Source: an uncultured Gammaproteobacteria bacterium (lineage in GTDB: Bacteria; Patescibacteriota; Microgenomatia; Levybacterales; UBA12049). From it: DNA of 64,000 nt. The position numbers were made by a program, and so were the translations under genes. Below, one piece after another: positions 20,222 to 30,273 of this stretch. The notes beneath the pieces are model-generated. The model was given only the letters and a program-made list of their open reading frames with translations, searched no databases and was not told the origin of the DNA. The DNA is taken from contig CAZCYO010000001.1 in the NCBI GenBank assembly GCA_964503265.1, forward strand, positions 226,064 to 290,063, in the 5' to 3' direction. Every line of letters starts with the position of its first letter. Positions within the stretch are counted from its first letter, which is position 1.

Positions 20222-20915
20222 TATGAATGGTTTGCTGTTTCGTGTTTCCTGCCATGTCTGTGGCCACTACAGAGATATCGTTGCCACCGTCGTGGAGTGG
20301 GAGATTGTAAGAATACCCACCATTGCTATCCATCACTGCTTGAAAGCCATTTACTTTTACTTGTGCGTTTATATCGGTTTTGCCTCGTACGGTGATTGAC
20401 CTATTATCTTTAAATGTTGCGCCGTCACTTGGATAGTCTATAGAAAGGCTTGGTTCTTTATTTGAGTATAGTACGTGGGTGATCTCAGAATCTTTACTCT
20501 GTTTATTTTTCTTCGTATCTTTCGCAATTACTTTTAGAGCGTTGTCTCCGTCTTTGAGGTGTACATTACGGAATTGAAATGTTCCGTTATCTTTTGAAGA
20601 CATTTCTTCAAGAAATGTATCATTATTATATAAACGGATAGTATATGAGCCAGTACTAGATCCACTAACGGTAATCGTTGCACTATTTGTCGCACTAAAT
20701 AGGGGATCAATCGATGGAGGGGCGATAAAAGTAGTAGCATCTGTCTGTGCCTCGATATTTGTATCACTGTGAGAGAGCGCGCTTCCGAGCTTTATGATAG
20801 CAGGAACACCAAAAAATATGAGAAGGAGAATAATTGCGATAGACCCGAGAATACTAAGAATGATAGTATGCATCGATTTTTCTTGGAGTTGACGGTTAAT
20901 TCGTGATCGAGCCAT
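20208..20915 (-). CDS. Membrane-anchored surface protein with Ig-like beta domains.
   Basis: N-terminal TM anchor (IILSILGSIAIILLLIFF) followed by a Thr/Ser/Asn-rich region typical of bacterial Ig-like folds. Confidence 0.4.
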   Translation of the reverse strand: MARSRINRQLQEKSMHTIILSILGSIAIILLLIFFGVPAIIKLGSALSHSDTNIEAQTDATTFIAPPSIDPLFSATNSATITVSGSSTGSYTIRLYNNDTFLEEMSSKDNGTFQFRNVHLKDGDNALKVIAKDTKKNKQSKDSEITHVLYSNKEPSLSIDYPSDGATFKDNRSITVRGKTDINAQVKVNGFQAVMDSNGGYSYNLPLHDGGNDISVVATDMAGNTKQQTIHINYN

Positions 20916-20957
20916 ATGTGTAGAATAAAGAATTATGAATTAAGAATCAAGTATGTG

Positions 20958-21029
20958 AGCCGAAGGTGGGATTCGGACCCACGACTTGCTCTTTACGAAA
21001 GAGCTACTCTACCCCTGAGTTACTCCGGC
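20958..21029 (-). tRNA. tRNA-Thr (anticodon CGT).
   Basis: Cloverleaf folded by eye: acceptor GCCGGAG/CTTCGGC, D-arm, anticodon stem GCTCT/AGAGC with loop TTCGTAA, T-arm GTGGG-TCCGAAT-CCCAC, discriminator U. Confidence 0.8.
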
Positions 21030-21300
21030 ACAGGTGTTATTTTAGGAGATTTTACACATGGAAGCAATACTCGAGAAAATAATCGTCTCATAGTTTGATT
21101 ATACAAAAATAATTTAGTATACTCTCGTAGTCTTTTAGGAAAGAATCATAATTGCATGATCTCTTTGCTATTAGTGCATTTTTTAGCACATTAATAGTTT
21201 TTGCGAACAAATTATCTACTTGGACGAGGTGATAGGTGAGTAATTCATTACTTTTCTTTCTTCTCGTCCAAGTTGGACGAACACAAAAAAGGAGGAGTCG

Positions 21301-21666
21301 ATGTCTACTATCTTTGCACAATCTGATCTCGATGCTGCAAAACGACGAGCGATAGATCGCTATTTTTTTACACAGCTGGAAAAACAGCTTGCTAGTGCGA
21401 CTACCATACCTCTGGAAATCCGCCTTAGCGGAGCTCGGGTTATCTTTACTGTTTTCGGGGGCAAAGCCCACCGTGAGCAGTACAAGAAGAATTGGGTACT
21501 ACCATTAGGCATTATCGAGCTATTGATTGCTGCGGAAGTGCCGCCGGCGATGCTTATTCACTTCCTGGAGGAGGATTTACTGCTGATTCCAGGTATTGGA
21601 GAGGAGGAGGAGGAACAGATTCTCATTGCTCGTGCCCCGTTTCTCCCGGTATTCACCGGAAGTTGA
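21301..21666 (+). CDS. Hypothetical small protein with a C-terminal helix-hairpin-helix motif (GC-rich islet 1, ORF 1).
   Basis: AAAAGGAGGAG Shine-Dalgarno 7 nt upstream of ATG. GC-rich codon usage. LLLIPGIGEEEEEQILIAR matches the HhH consensus L-P-G-I-G...I. Confidence 0.55.
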   Translation: MSTIFAQSDLDAAKRRAIDRYFFTQLEKQLASATTIPLEIRLSGARVIFTVFGGKAHREQYKKNWVLPLGIIELLIAAEVPPAMLIHFLEEDLLLIPGIGEEEEEQILIARAPFLPVFTGS

Positions 21667-21684
21667 AGGTTCAGGAGGTATACT

Positions 21685-21891
21685 ATGGTGGAAGACGTCC
21701 GATATGACTTGGCAGGTCTCGAAGAGATCTGTCATAGCATCTTCCGAGGTCACAATCAGGTTATTCTTCTGGCTGAAAACTATTCTGGTCGCGAGCTGGA
21801 AGCAGTTATGCGGCGACTCAAGGAGGCTACCGGGAAGAACTATACCTATGAATGGGAGCCCGGAAAGCGCATCGAAGTTCGGTGCACATAG
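21685..21891 (+). CDS. Hypothetical small protein (GC-rich islet 1, ORF 2).
   Basis: AGGAGG SD 8 nt upstream. 68 aa. GC-rich codons. Confidence 0.5.
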   Translation: MVEDVRYDLAGLEEICHSIFRGHNQVILLAENYSGRELEAVMRRLKEATGKNYTYEWEPGKRIEVRCT

Positions 21892-21922
21892 TACTTACAT
21901 GCCGAAAGGCAAGGAGGAGGTC

Positions 21923-22201
21923 ATGGAATTTGAACGTGCGTGTATCGCGTATGGCATGCATTTGATGACATTGTCTATGACTCTGTCACAAATGAAGGAC
22001 ATCACCGAAACACCAGCATTTGACGTATTTCTTCACGCATTGAAGGAGACGTCAACGTCTATGGCGTATGGGTCTCTCACAAAGGAGGAGGTGAGTGCTT
22101 TTAGCGCTTCTCTTGGTATTTTGCTCCAAGTTGGTGGGGCGCAGCTAGCTGAAATCAACTTCCAGAAGATGCTGAAGTCATTGGCCGCATTGCAACAATA
22201 G
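21923..22201 (+). CDS. Hypothetical small protein (GC-rich islet 1, ORF 3).
   Basis: AAGGAGGAGG SD directly upstream of ATG at 21923. The long 201-aa form in the ORF track spans the upstream gene and is unlikely. Confidence 0.5.
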   Translation: MEFERACIAYGMHLMTLSMTLSQMKDITETPAFDVFLHALKETSTSMAYGSLTKEEVSAFSASLGILLQVGGAQLAEINFQKMLKSLAALQQ

Positions 22202-22320
22202 AATAGCAAGAGAATGGCGTTTTTGTGAGAAGAATTATTCACAAATGTATAACGTAGTGTTCAACTGATTGCCATCGCGATTTGCGTGTATGGAGTACCA
22301 GTTGGCACAACACTATACAT

Positions 22321-22349
22321 GTTCTTCTTCACAAGAACGCCTTTTTTAT
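22321..22349 (+). terminator. Candidate intrinsic terminator for the islet 1 operon.
   Basis: GTTCTT-cttcac-AAGAAC hairpin followed by gccTTTTTTaT. Confidence 0.35.
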
Positions 22350-22394
22350 GTCTTTTTTCTCTGAAACTTTGAAACTATGAGGCTCTGAAACTAT

Positions 22395-22823
22395 TTAGGA
22401 GATTGGTGTGGTTCTTCGGTGGCGGTATTTGTTTCCGATTTCTAGTTCCATGATGGCTCGTCTCATGTCGGCTTGGGCGAGGGCGTAATCTCGTTCACTG
22501 ACTCCGTCTTCTTTTTTCTTTATGATTTCTTCTGCTTTCTTTTGTGCTGCGAGTGCTTTTTCTACTTCGATTTCTTCCACTCGTACTGCATAATCTGAGA
22601 GAATAACACACTTACCATCAGTGATTTGAAGAAATCCACCAGTCGCACCAAGTGATTGCTGCTTGCCCTTCATTTTAATAATGAGCTCACCTGGGAGAAC
22701 TTCTGTCATGAGATTAACGTGATGGGGGAGAATTGCGAGCTGACCTTTTGGTGTTTGCAGTAAAAATTCATCGACTTCGTCGGTAAACATTACTTTTTCT
22801 GGGGTGATGATTTCTAGGTGCAT
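22395..22823 (-). CDS. atpC: F0F1 ATP synthase subunit epsilon.
   Basis: Position after beta. 142 aa with an N-terminal beta-sandwich-like sequence (MHLEIITPEKVMF...). Confidence 0.85.
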   Translation of the reverse strand: MHLEIITPEKVMFTDEVDEFLLQTPKGQLAILPHHVNLMTEVLPGELIIKMKGKQQSLGATGGFLQITDGKCVILSDYAVRVEEIEVEKALAAQKKAEEIIKKKEDGVSERDYALAQADMRRAIMELEIGNKYRHRRTTPIS

Positions 22824-22868
22824 AGTATGTGTTTTATTGAAGTTTGTATAATCTTCACATTATTTACT

Positions 22869-22894
22869 GGATCCTGAATCAAGTTCAGGATGAC
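22869..22894. repeat. Intergenic palindromic repeat (GGATCCTGAA-tcaa-GTTCAGGATGAC), member of the GTCAT/ATGAC-ended family.
   Basis: Read directly. Copies with the same architecture: 27201..27226, 46048..46071, 46114..46135, 38313..38335, 57252..57274, 57288..57344. GTCATTGCGAG-type copies: 35830..35893, 48807..48850, 53213..53251. Confidence 0.8.
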
Positions 22895-22905
22895 ATAAAG
22901 AAGAA

Positions 22906-25267
<2,362 letters not shown>

Positions 25268-25274
25268 ATCTTAT

Positions 25275-26801
25275 TCATTTTTCAACTGAAAAAACTTTCT
25301 TGAATTTCTCAACGATTTTCTTAAGTTCTTCATTTGCTTCGTCATCTAATTTTTTACCATTACTCAGTCTTTCGACGAGTTTTTTCGCATTTGCTTCGAT
25401 GTAATCATGAAGTTCTAGTTCAAATCGAACAACAGATGGAACTGGAATGTCATTCATGTAGCCATTATTTACAGACCACATACTAGCAATTTCTTTCCAT
25501 TCAGGAAGTGGCTGGTATTGAAGCTGTTTTAAAAGTTCAGTCATTCTTTTTCCACGTTCTAGCTGTTCCATGGTCGCTTTATCTAACTCTGATCCGAACT
25601 GCGCGAATGCTGCAAGTTCGCGATATTGTGCAAGTTCGAGTTTTAATTTTCCTGCAACAGATTTCATCGCACCAGTTTGAGCAGCACTTCCTACGCGTGA
25701 CACTGAAATACCTACGTTTACCGCTGGACGAATACCACTGTTAAATAAGTCACCTTGAAGGAAAATTTGTCCATCAGTAATCGAAATAACGTTCGTTGGA
25801 ATATATGCTGAGATATCTCCTGCTTGGGTTTCGATAATAGGGAGTGCTGTGATAGATCCTCCGCCATTTTCTTTATTTAATTTTACTGCACGTTCAAGAA
25901 GTCTACTGTGAAGGTAAAAAACATCTCCTGGATATGCTTCTCGTCCTGCAGGGCGGCGAAGAACAAGACAGAGTTGGCGATATGCCCATGCTTGTTTGGT
26001 TAAATCGTCATATACGATCAGTACATCTTCACCTTTTTCCATGAAGTATTCAGCAATAGCTGTTCCGCCATATGGTGCTAAGTACTGAAGTGCTGCTGGA
26101 TCTGGAGCATTTGCTGCAACGATAACTGTATATTCCATAGCTCCAGCTTCTTTAAGGCGTTGTGCAATTTGAGCGACGGTACTCTGTTTCTGTCCGATCG
26201 CGACATAAATACAAATAACACGCTTTTGATCTTTACCGACATTCTTCTGGTTAATGATCGTATCAACAGCGATAGCTGTTTTACCAAGTCCGCGATCTCC
26301 AATAATAAGCTCACGCTGTCCACGTCCGACTGGAATCATCGCATCGATACCTTTAATACCTGTTTTCATCGGGGTATCAACCGGTTCGCGCTCTACGACT
26401 CCTGCAGCGATTCTTTCAAGTGGCATGAGTTTACCCTTTGTGATTGCTGGTTTTCCATCAAGTGGGACACCTAGTGTATTTACAACCCTACCAAGTAAAC
26501 TATCATCTGCAGTAATCGAAAGGAGTTCTTCTGTTCTTTTAATGGTATCGCCTTCTTTTACATCTGTTCGAGTGTCCATGAGAATAACTGATGCATAGTC
26601 TTCATCAAGTCCGAAGATGACGCCGTTAATACCATTTTCGGTAACCACACGTTCTCCCATGACTGCTTTTGAAAGCCCTGACACAGTGAGTACACCGTCA
26701 TTGTTCTTCTCGACGATACCGACGTTCTCAATTTTTGCATTTCCTGAGAAAGAGGTAAGTCGTGATTCTAGTTGTTTTAAAATGTCTTCTGTATTTGCCA
26801 T
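25275..26801 (-). CDS. atpA: F0F1 ATP synthase subunit alpha.
   Basis: GDRGLGKT Walker A. 508 aa. Confidence 0.95.
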   Translation of the reverse strand: MANTEDILKQLESRLTSFSGNAKIENVGIVEKNNDGVLTVSGLSKAVMGERVVTENGINGVIFGLDEDYASVILMDTRTDVKEGDTIKRTEELLSITADDSLLGRVVNTLGVPLDGKPAITKGKLMPLERIAAGVVEREPVDTPMKTGIKGIDAMIPVGRGQRELIIGDRGLGKTAIAVDTIINQKNVGKDQKRVICIYVAIGQKQSTVAQIAQRLKEAGAMEYTVIVAANAPDPAALQYLAPYGGTAIAEYFMEKGEDVLIVYDDLTKQAWAYRQLCLVLRRPAGREAYPGDVFYLHSRLLERAVKLNKENGGGSITALPIIETQAGDISAYIPTNVISITDGQIFLQGDLFNSGIRPAVNVGISVSRVGSAAQTGAMKSVAGKLKLELAQYRELAAFAQFGSELDKATMEQLERGKRMTELLKQLQYQPLPEWKEIASMWSVNNGYMNDIPVPSVVRFELELHDYIEANAKKLVERLSNGKKLDDEANEELKKIVEKFKKVFSVEK

Positions 26802-26804
26802 ATA

Positions 26805-27152
26805 TTACTTTGAAACGTATGTTTCAAGATCTGTTAATTGTTGTTTCAAGTTCATATTATACACTATGTCGCCACTGACTATGCGAGTACCTAATAATAG
26901 CGATTTGTCAGTATTATACGAAACTTTTTTATCTGAAAAAAGAGCTTCTAATTCTTTTTTCTGCTCGCTACCTAGTGGAAGAGCATTTGTAACAGTGACT
27001 GATCTTCGACTAATCTCGAGTTTGAGTAATCTAATATAATCTTTTAGCTCACTTCTGGTTAGTGCATCACCAATTCTTTTTATAACAGGTTCATTGAGTT
27101 CTGTTTTATCAAAACTAATGTCGATTAATTGTTTTAAGTCTCTTTTTGTCAT
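26805..27152 (-). CDS. atpH: F0F1 ATP synthase subunit delta, unusually short (about 115 aa).
   Basis: C-terminal LLLGTRIVSGDIVYNMNLKQQLTDLETYV matches the delta/OSCP C-terminus. Start set at MTKRDL because the longer ORF would read through an intergenic palindromic repeat. Confidence 0.7.
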   Translation of the reverse strand: MTKRDLKQLIDISFDKTELNEPVIKRIGDALTRSELKDYIRLLKLEISRRSVTVTNALPLGSEQKKELEALFSDKKVSYNTDKSLLLGTRIVSGDIVYNMNLKQQLTDLETYVSK

Positions 27153-27239
27153 ATTTTTATTTATTTGTCTTCCGCCAGCTGGCGGATCTATTTTAATACT
27201 GGATCCTCGATCACGTCGAGGATGACACAAGAGTGACAG

Positions 27240-27746
27240 CTAGTCAGCTTTTGTTTTTAAACTTTTCATTGCTTGTTTCATTATTACTTCTTGTTCTTTG
27301 TCGGTGAAGGCATTTTCTAGAGATTTCTGAAGGAATTGTACAGCGAGTGTGCTGATATGTCCTGTTAATCTCTTTTCTGTTTCTTTTGCTTCAAATGCGA
27401 TTTGTTCTCGTGCTTCTTTAAGAATGATGTCTGCTTGATTTTTTGCATTCTCTTGTGCAATTTGGAGCATTTCTGCATGCTGCTTCTTTGCTTCTTCAAG
27501 AAGTTTTTTAGATTCAACTTGTGCTTTTTTGAGAATTTCTTTTTCTTTCTCTTCAGCTTTTTCATACATGAGACGTGCTTCTTCTGCTTCTTTAAGGCCC
27601 GTAGCTATCGTTTCACGGCGAGTTTTAAGTGTATCGAGAATTGGTTTATATAAAAACTTTTTTAGGATCCACAAAACGATCAAAAAATTGACGATTTGTG
27701 CTACGAGTAATATTGGATTAAATCCAAATTCGTGTAATAATTCCAT
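27240..27746 (-). CDS. atpF: F0F1 ATP synthase subunit b.
   Basis: N-terminal TM helix followed by a long charged coiled-coil. 168 aa. Confidence 0.85.
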   Translation of the reverse strand: MELLHEFGFNPILLVAQIVNFLIVLWILKKFLYKPILDTLKTRRETIATGLKEAEEARLMYEKAEEKEKEILKKAQVESKKLLEEAKKQHAEMLQIAQENAKNQADIILKEAREQIAFEAKETEKRLTGHISTLAVQFLQKSLENAFTDKEQEVIMKQAMKSLKTKAD

Positions 27747-27857
27747 GGTTTTTTTATTTGATTAACAACAATCAAAAGGCAAAAGCAAAATTAACAATTC
27801 AAAAGAAATATACTTTAAAATCTTGTAATTTTGACTTTTGACCTTTAACTTTTGCCT

Positions 27858-28825
<968 letters not shown>

Positions 28826-28882
28826 ATTTGAAGCATATGGCTTATGGCACATGGCAAATAGTTATTACTTATTTTGAAAAAC

Positions 28883-28910
28883 TATTAGCTATACGCTATT
28901 AGCTATACGC
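28883..28910. repeat. Perfect 14-bp tandem duplication (TATTAGCTATACGC x2) upstream of atpB.
   Basis: Read directly from the sequence. Confidence 0.9.
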
Positions 28911-29023
28911 TAGATTCTATTTTACCTCGTGAGCCTATTTCGAGTCAAGGCGGAAATTGGATGGGCGCTGGCGCCCACCCGTGATAAGTGGTGCGCCAGC
29001 ATGTGTGCACTGGGAATTTGTTG

Positions 29024-29557
29024 TTAGTTGCAGTTTATCTTCAGCAGTGGTGACAGTGTGTGTTGACCTCCGAGAATGAACCCTTCGAGTATGTTCCCTT
29101 CGTGCTCGGCGAGAGTGCACGTCTGCGTGATGAGCGTGCGGGCATCATGGATATCGCTCAGAAGCACGTTTGCGGTAAATGTTTCTCCCCGCCTAAGCCC
29201 AAGGGCTCGTTTCCGGAATTCATCGCGACTGAGAGTAGAGTATTCCTCGACGGTCTCCTCCTTCGCACGTATGTTTTCCACGCTTGTCCAGTTGACATGG
29301 TGCAGAGCTTTGAAAACGCCGTTGAGCATGATCGAGAAGACGAGTGTGAACTGTTCAGGGGTACTGTCGGCGCAGAGTTCCAGAGTATCCATCAACTTGT
29401 GGATGAGGAAGTGGACCTGTTCGTAGATCTCCGCGTAGGTGAGATGAACGCCCGTGAGCGTTTGTGATGCTTCCATCAGTTTCTTGATGTGCATCTCGGT
29501 TAGCTTCGGGGTAGACATAATACCTTCTGCAGTGACAGTAACTTCGATCTCATCCAT
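29024..29557 (-). CDS. Hypothetical protein (GC-rich islet 2, ORF 2).
   Basis: AAAGGAG SD upstream of ATG. 177 aa. GC-rich codon usage (GAG, CTG, GTC) unlike neighbouring genes. Confidence 0.5.
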   Translation of the reverse strand: MDEIEVTVTAEGIMSTPKLTEMHIKKLMEASQTLTGVHLTYAEIYEQVHFLIHKLMDTLELCADSTPEQFTLVFSIMLNGVFKALHHVNWTSVENIRAKEETVEEYSTLSRDEFRKRALGLRRGETFTANVLLSDIHDARTLITQTCTLAEHEGNILEGFILGGQHTLSPLLKINCN

Positions 29558-29646
29558 GAACAGACTCCTTTCGTTGGGGAGATATCATGACAGAGAGGAA
29601 GGCGGTCCTCTCATTGAGTGCCGGTAACCTACCGGCAGGATGGACC

Positions 29647-30042
29647 TCAAGTTGCAGTCTCATTTTCCTCGCCACGAATGACGAGGTCAATGGGTTGATC
29701 ATTGAAAACGATGAGCGTAGGTATATCGCTCTTTTCGTCTTCAGAATCATCAGGGCTTGTTTCCAGAACGAGTCGTGGCTGAGTAGACAGGACGATGTCA
29801 GATTTCATGCAGACTTCTACGACCTGTCCTAGCTCATCACTGCTATATACAATGATGAAGACAAGAAGCGAAGAATTCTCAAGCTTAATCCAGCCGTGAT
29901 TATCTATTTGCTCGAGAAGTTCGTCGATCGATTCACTGGATGCACCAGGAATAATCGAGATATCGAGCACATAGATTAACGGTTTTAGCTCGAGAAAAAA
30001 ATCACTAGGTGCGTCAGGTATATTCAGCATCGGAACCTCCAC
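29647..30042 (-). CDS. Hypothetical protein (GC-rich islet 2, ORF 1).
   Basis: GGAGGTTCCG SD upstream of ATG. 131 aa, acidic. Confidence 0.5.
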   Translation of the reverse strand: MEVPMLNIPDAPSDFFLELKPLIYVLDISIIPGASSESIDELLEQIDNHGWIKLENSSLLVFIIVYSSDELGQVVEVCMKSDIVLSTQPRLVLETSPDDSEDEKSDIPTLIVFNDQPIDLVIRGEENETAT

Positions 30043-30273
30043 AGTACGCTAATTGTCTATGTACCTTCCGCCCAAGGCAAAGACACGAGATGGAGAAGTA
30101 CTTCTCGACCTGGTGACTGTGCCTTAGGCGTTATAACAACAAATTTTAATGTGCGAAAAAATGATGCTTTCTCAAGATACATACGCAAATACTATGCTCT
30201 TTTGAAAGCAGGGGGATTATACTAAAAATAGAGCACGAGAACAATTATAGGACTGTATACTATATATACTATA

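Noticed and set aside
20916-21098. 60-aa plus-strand ORF (MCRIKNYELRIKY...).
   Set aside because: It lies entirely over the tRNA-Thr gene on the opposite strand. Its translation simply mirrors tRNA sequence, so it is spurious.
21596-22201. 201-aa long form of the third islet 1 ORF, and the antisense 127-aa ORF at 21088..21471.
   Set aside because: The long form runs through the upstream ORF in another frame and ignores the perfect AGGAGG-ATG at 21923. The antisense ORF has no RBS and overlaps the SD-led gene. Both are most likely artifacts of the high-GC stretch.
27153-27230. Longer 141-aa version of atpH starting MCHPRRDRGSS.
   Set aside because: Its N-terminal extension would be encoded by the intergenic palindromic repeat (GGATCCTCGA...TCGAGGATGAC) found in many other intergenic spots. 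The start at MTKRDL is preferred.
27365-27565. Lys-rich 66-aa ORF and other small ORFs antisense or out of frame within atpF, atpA, atpD and dnaE (for example 26160..26474, 26254..26598, 32006..32353).
   Set aside because: They are embedded in highly conserved genes and have low-complexity or implausible composition. These are typical shadow ORFs.
28935-29120. 61-aa Arg-rich ORF at the 3' edge of islet 2.
   Set aside because: It overlaps the terminator-like GC hairpin and the end of the 177-aa gene. Its arginine/histidine-rich composition reflects GC-rich out-of-frame translation.
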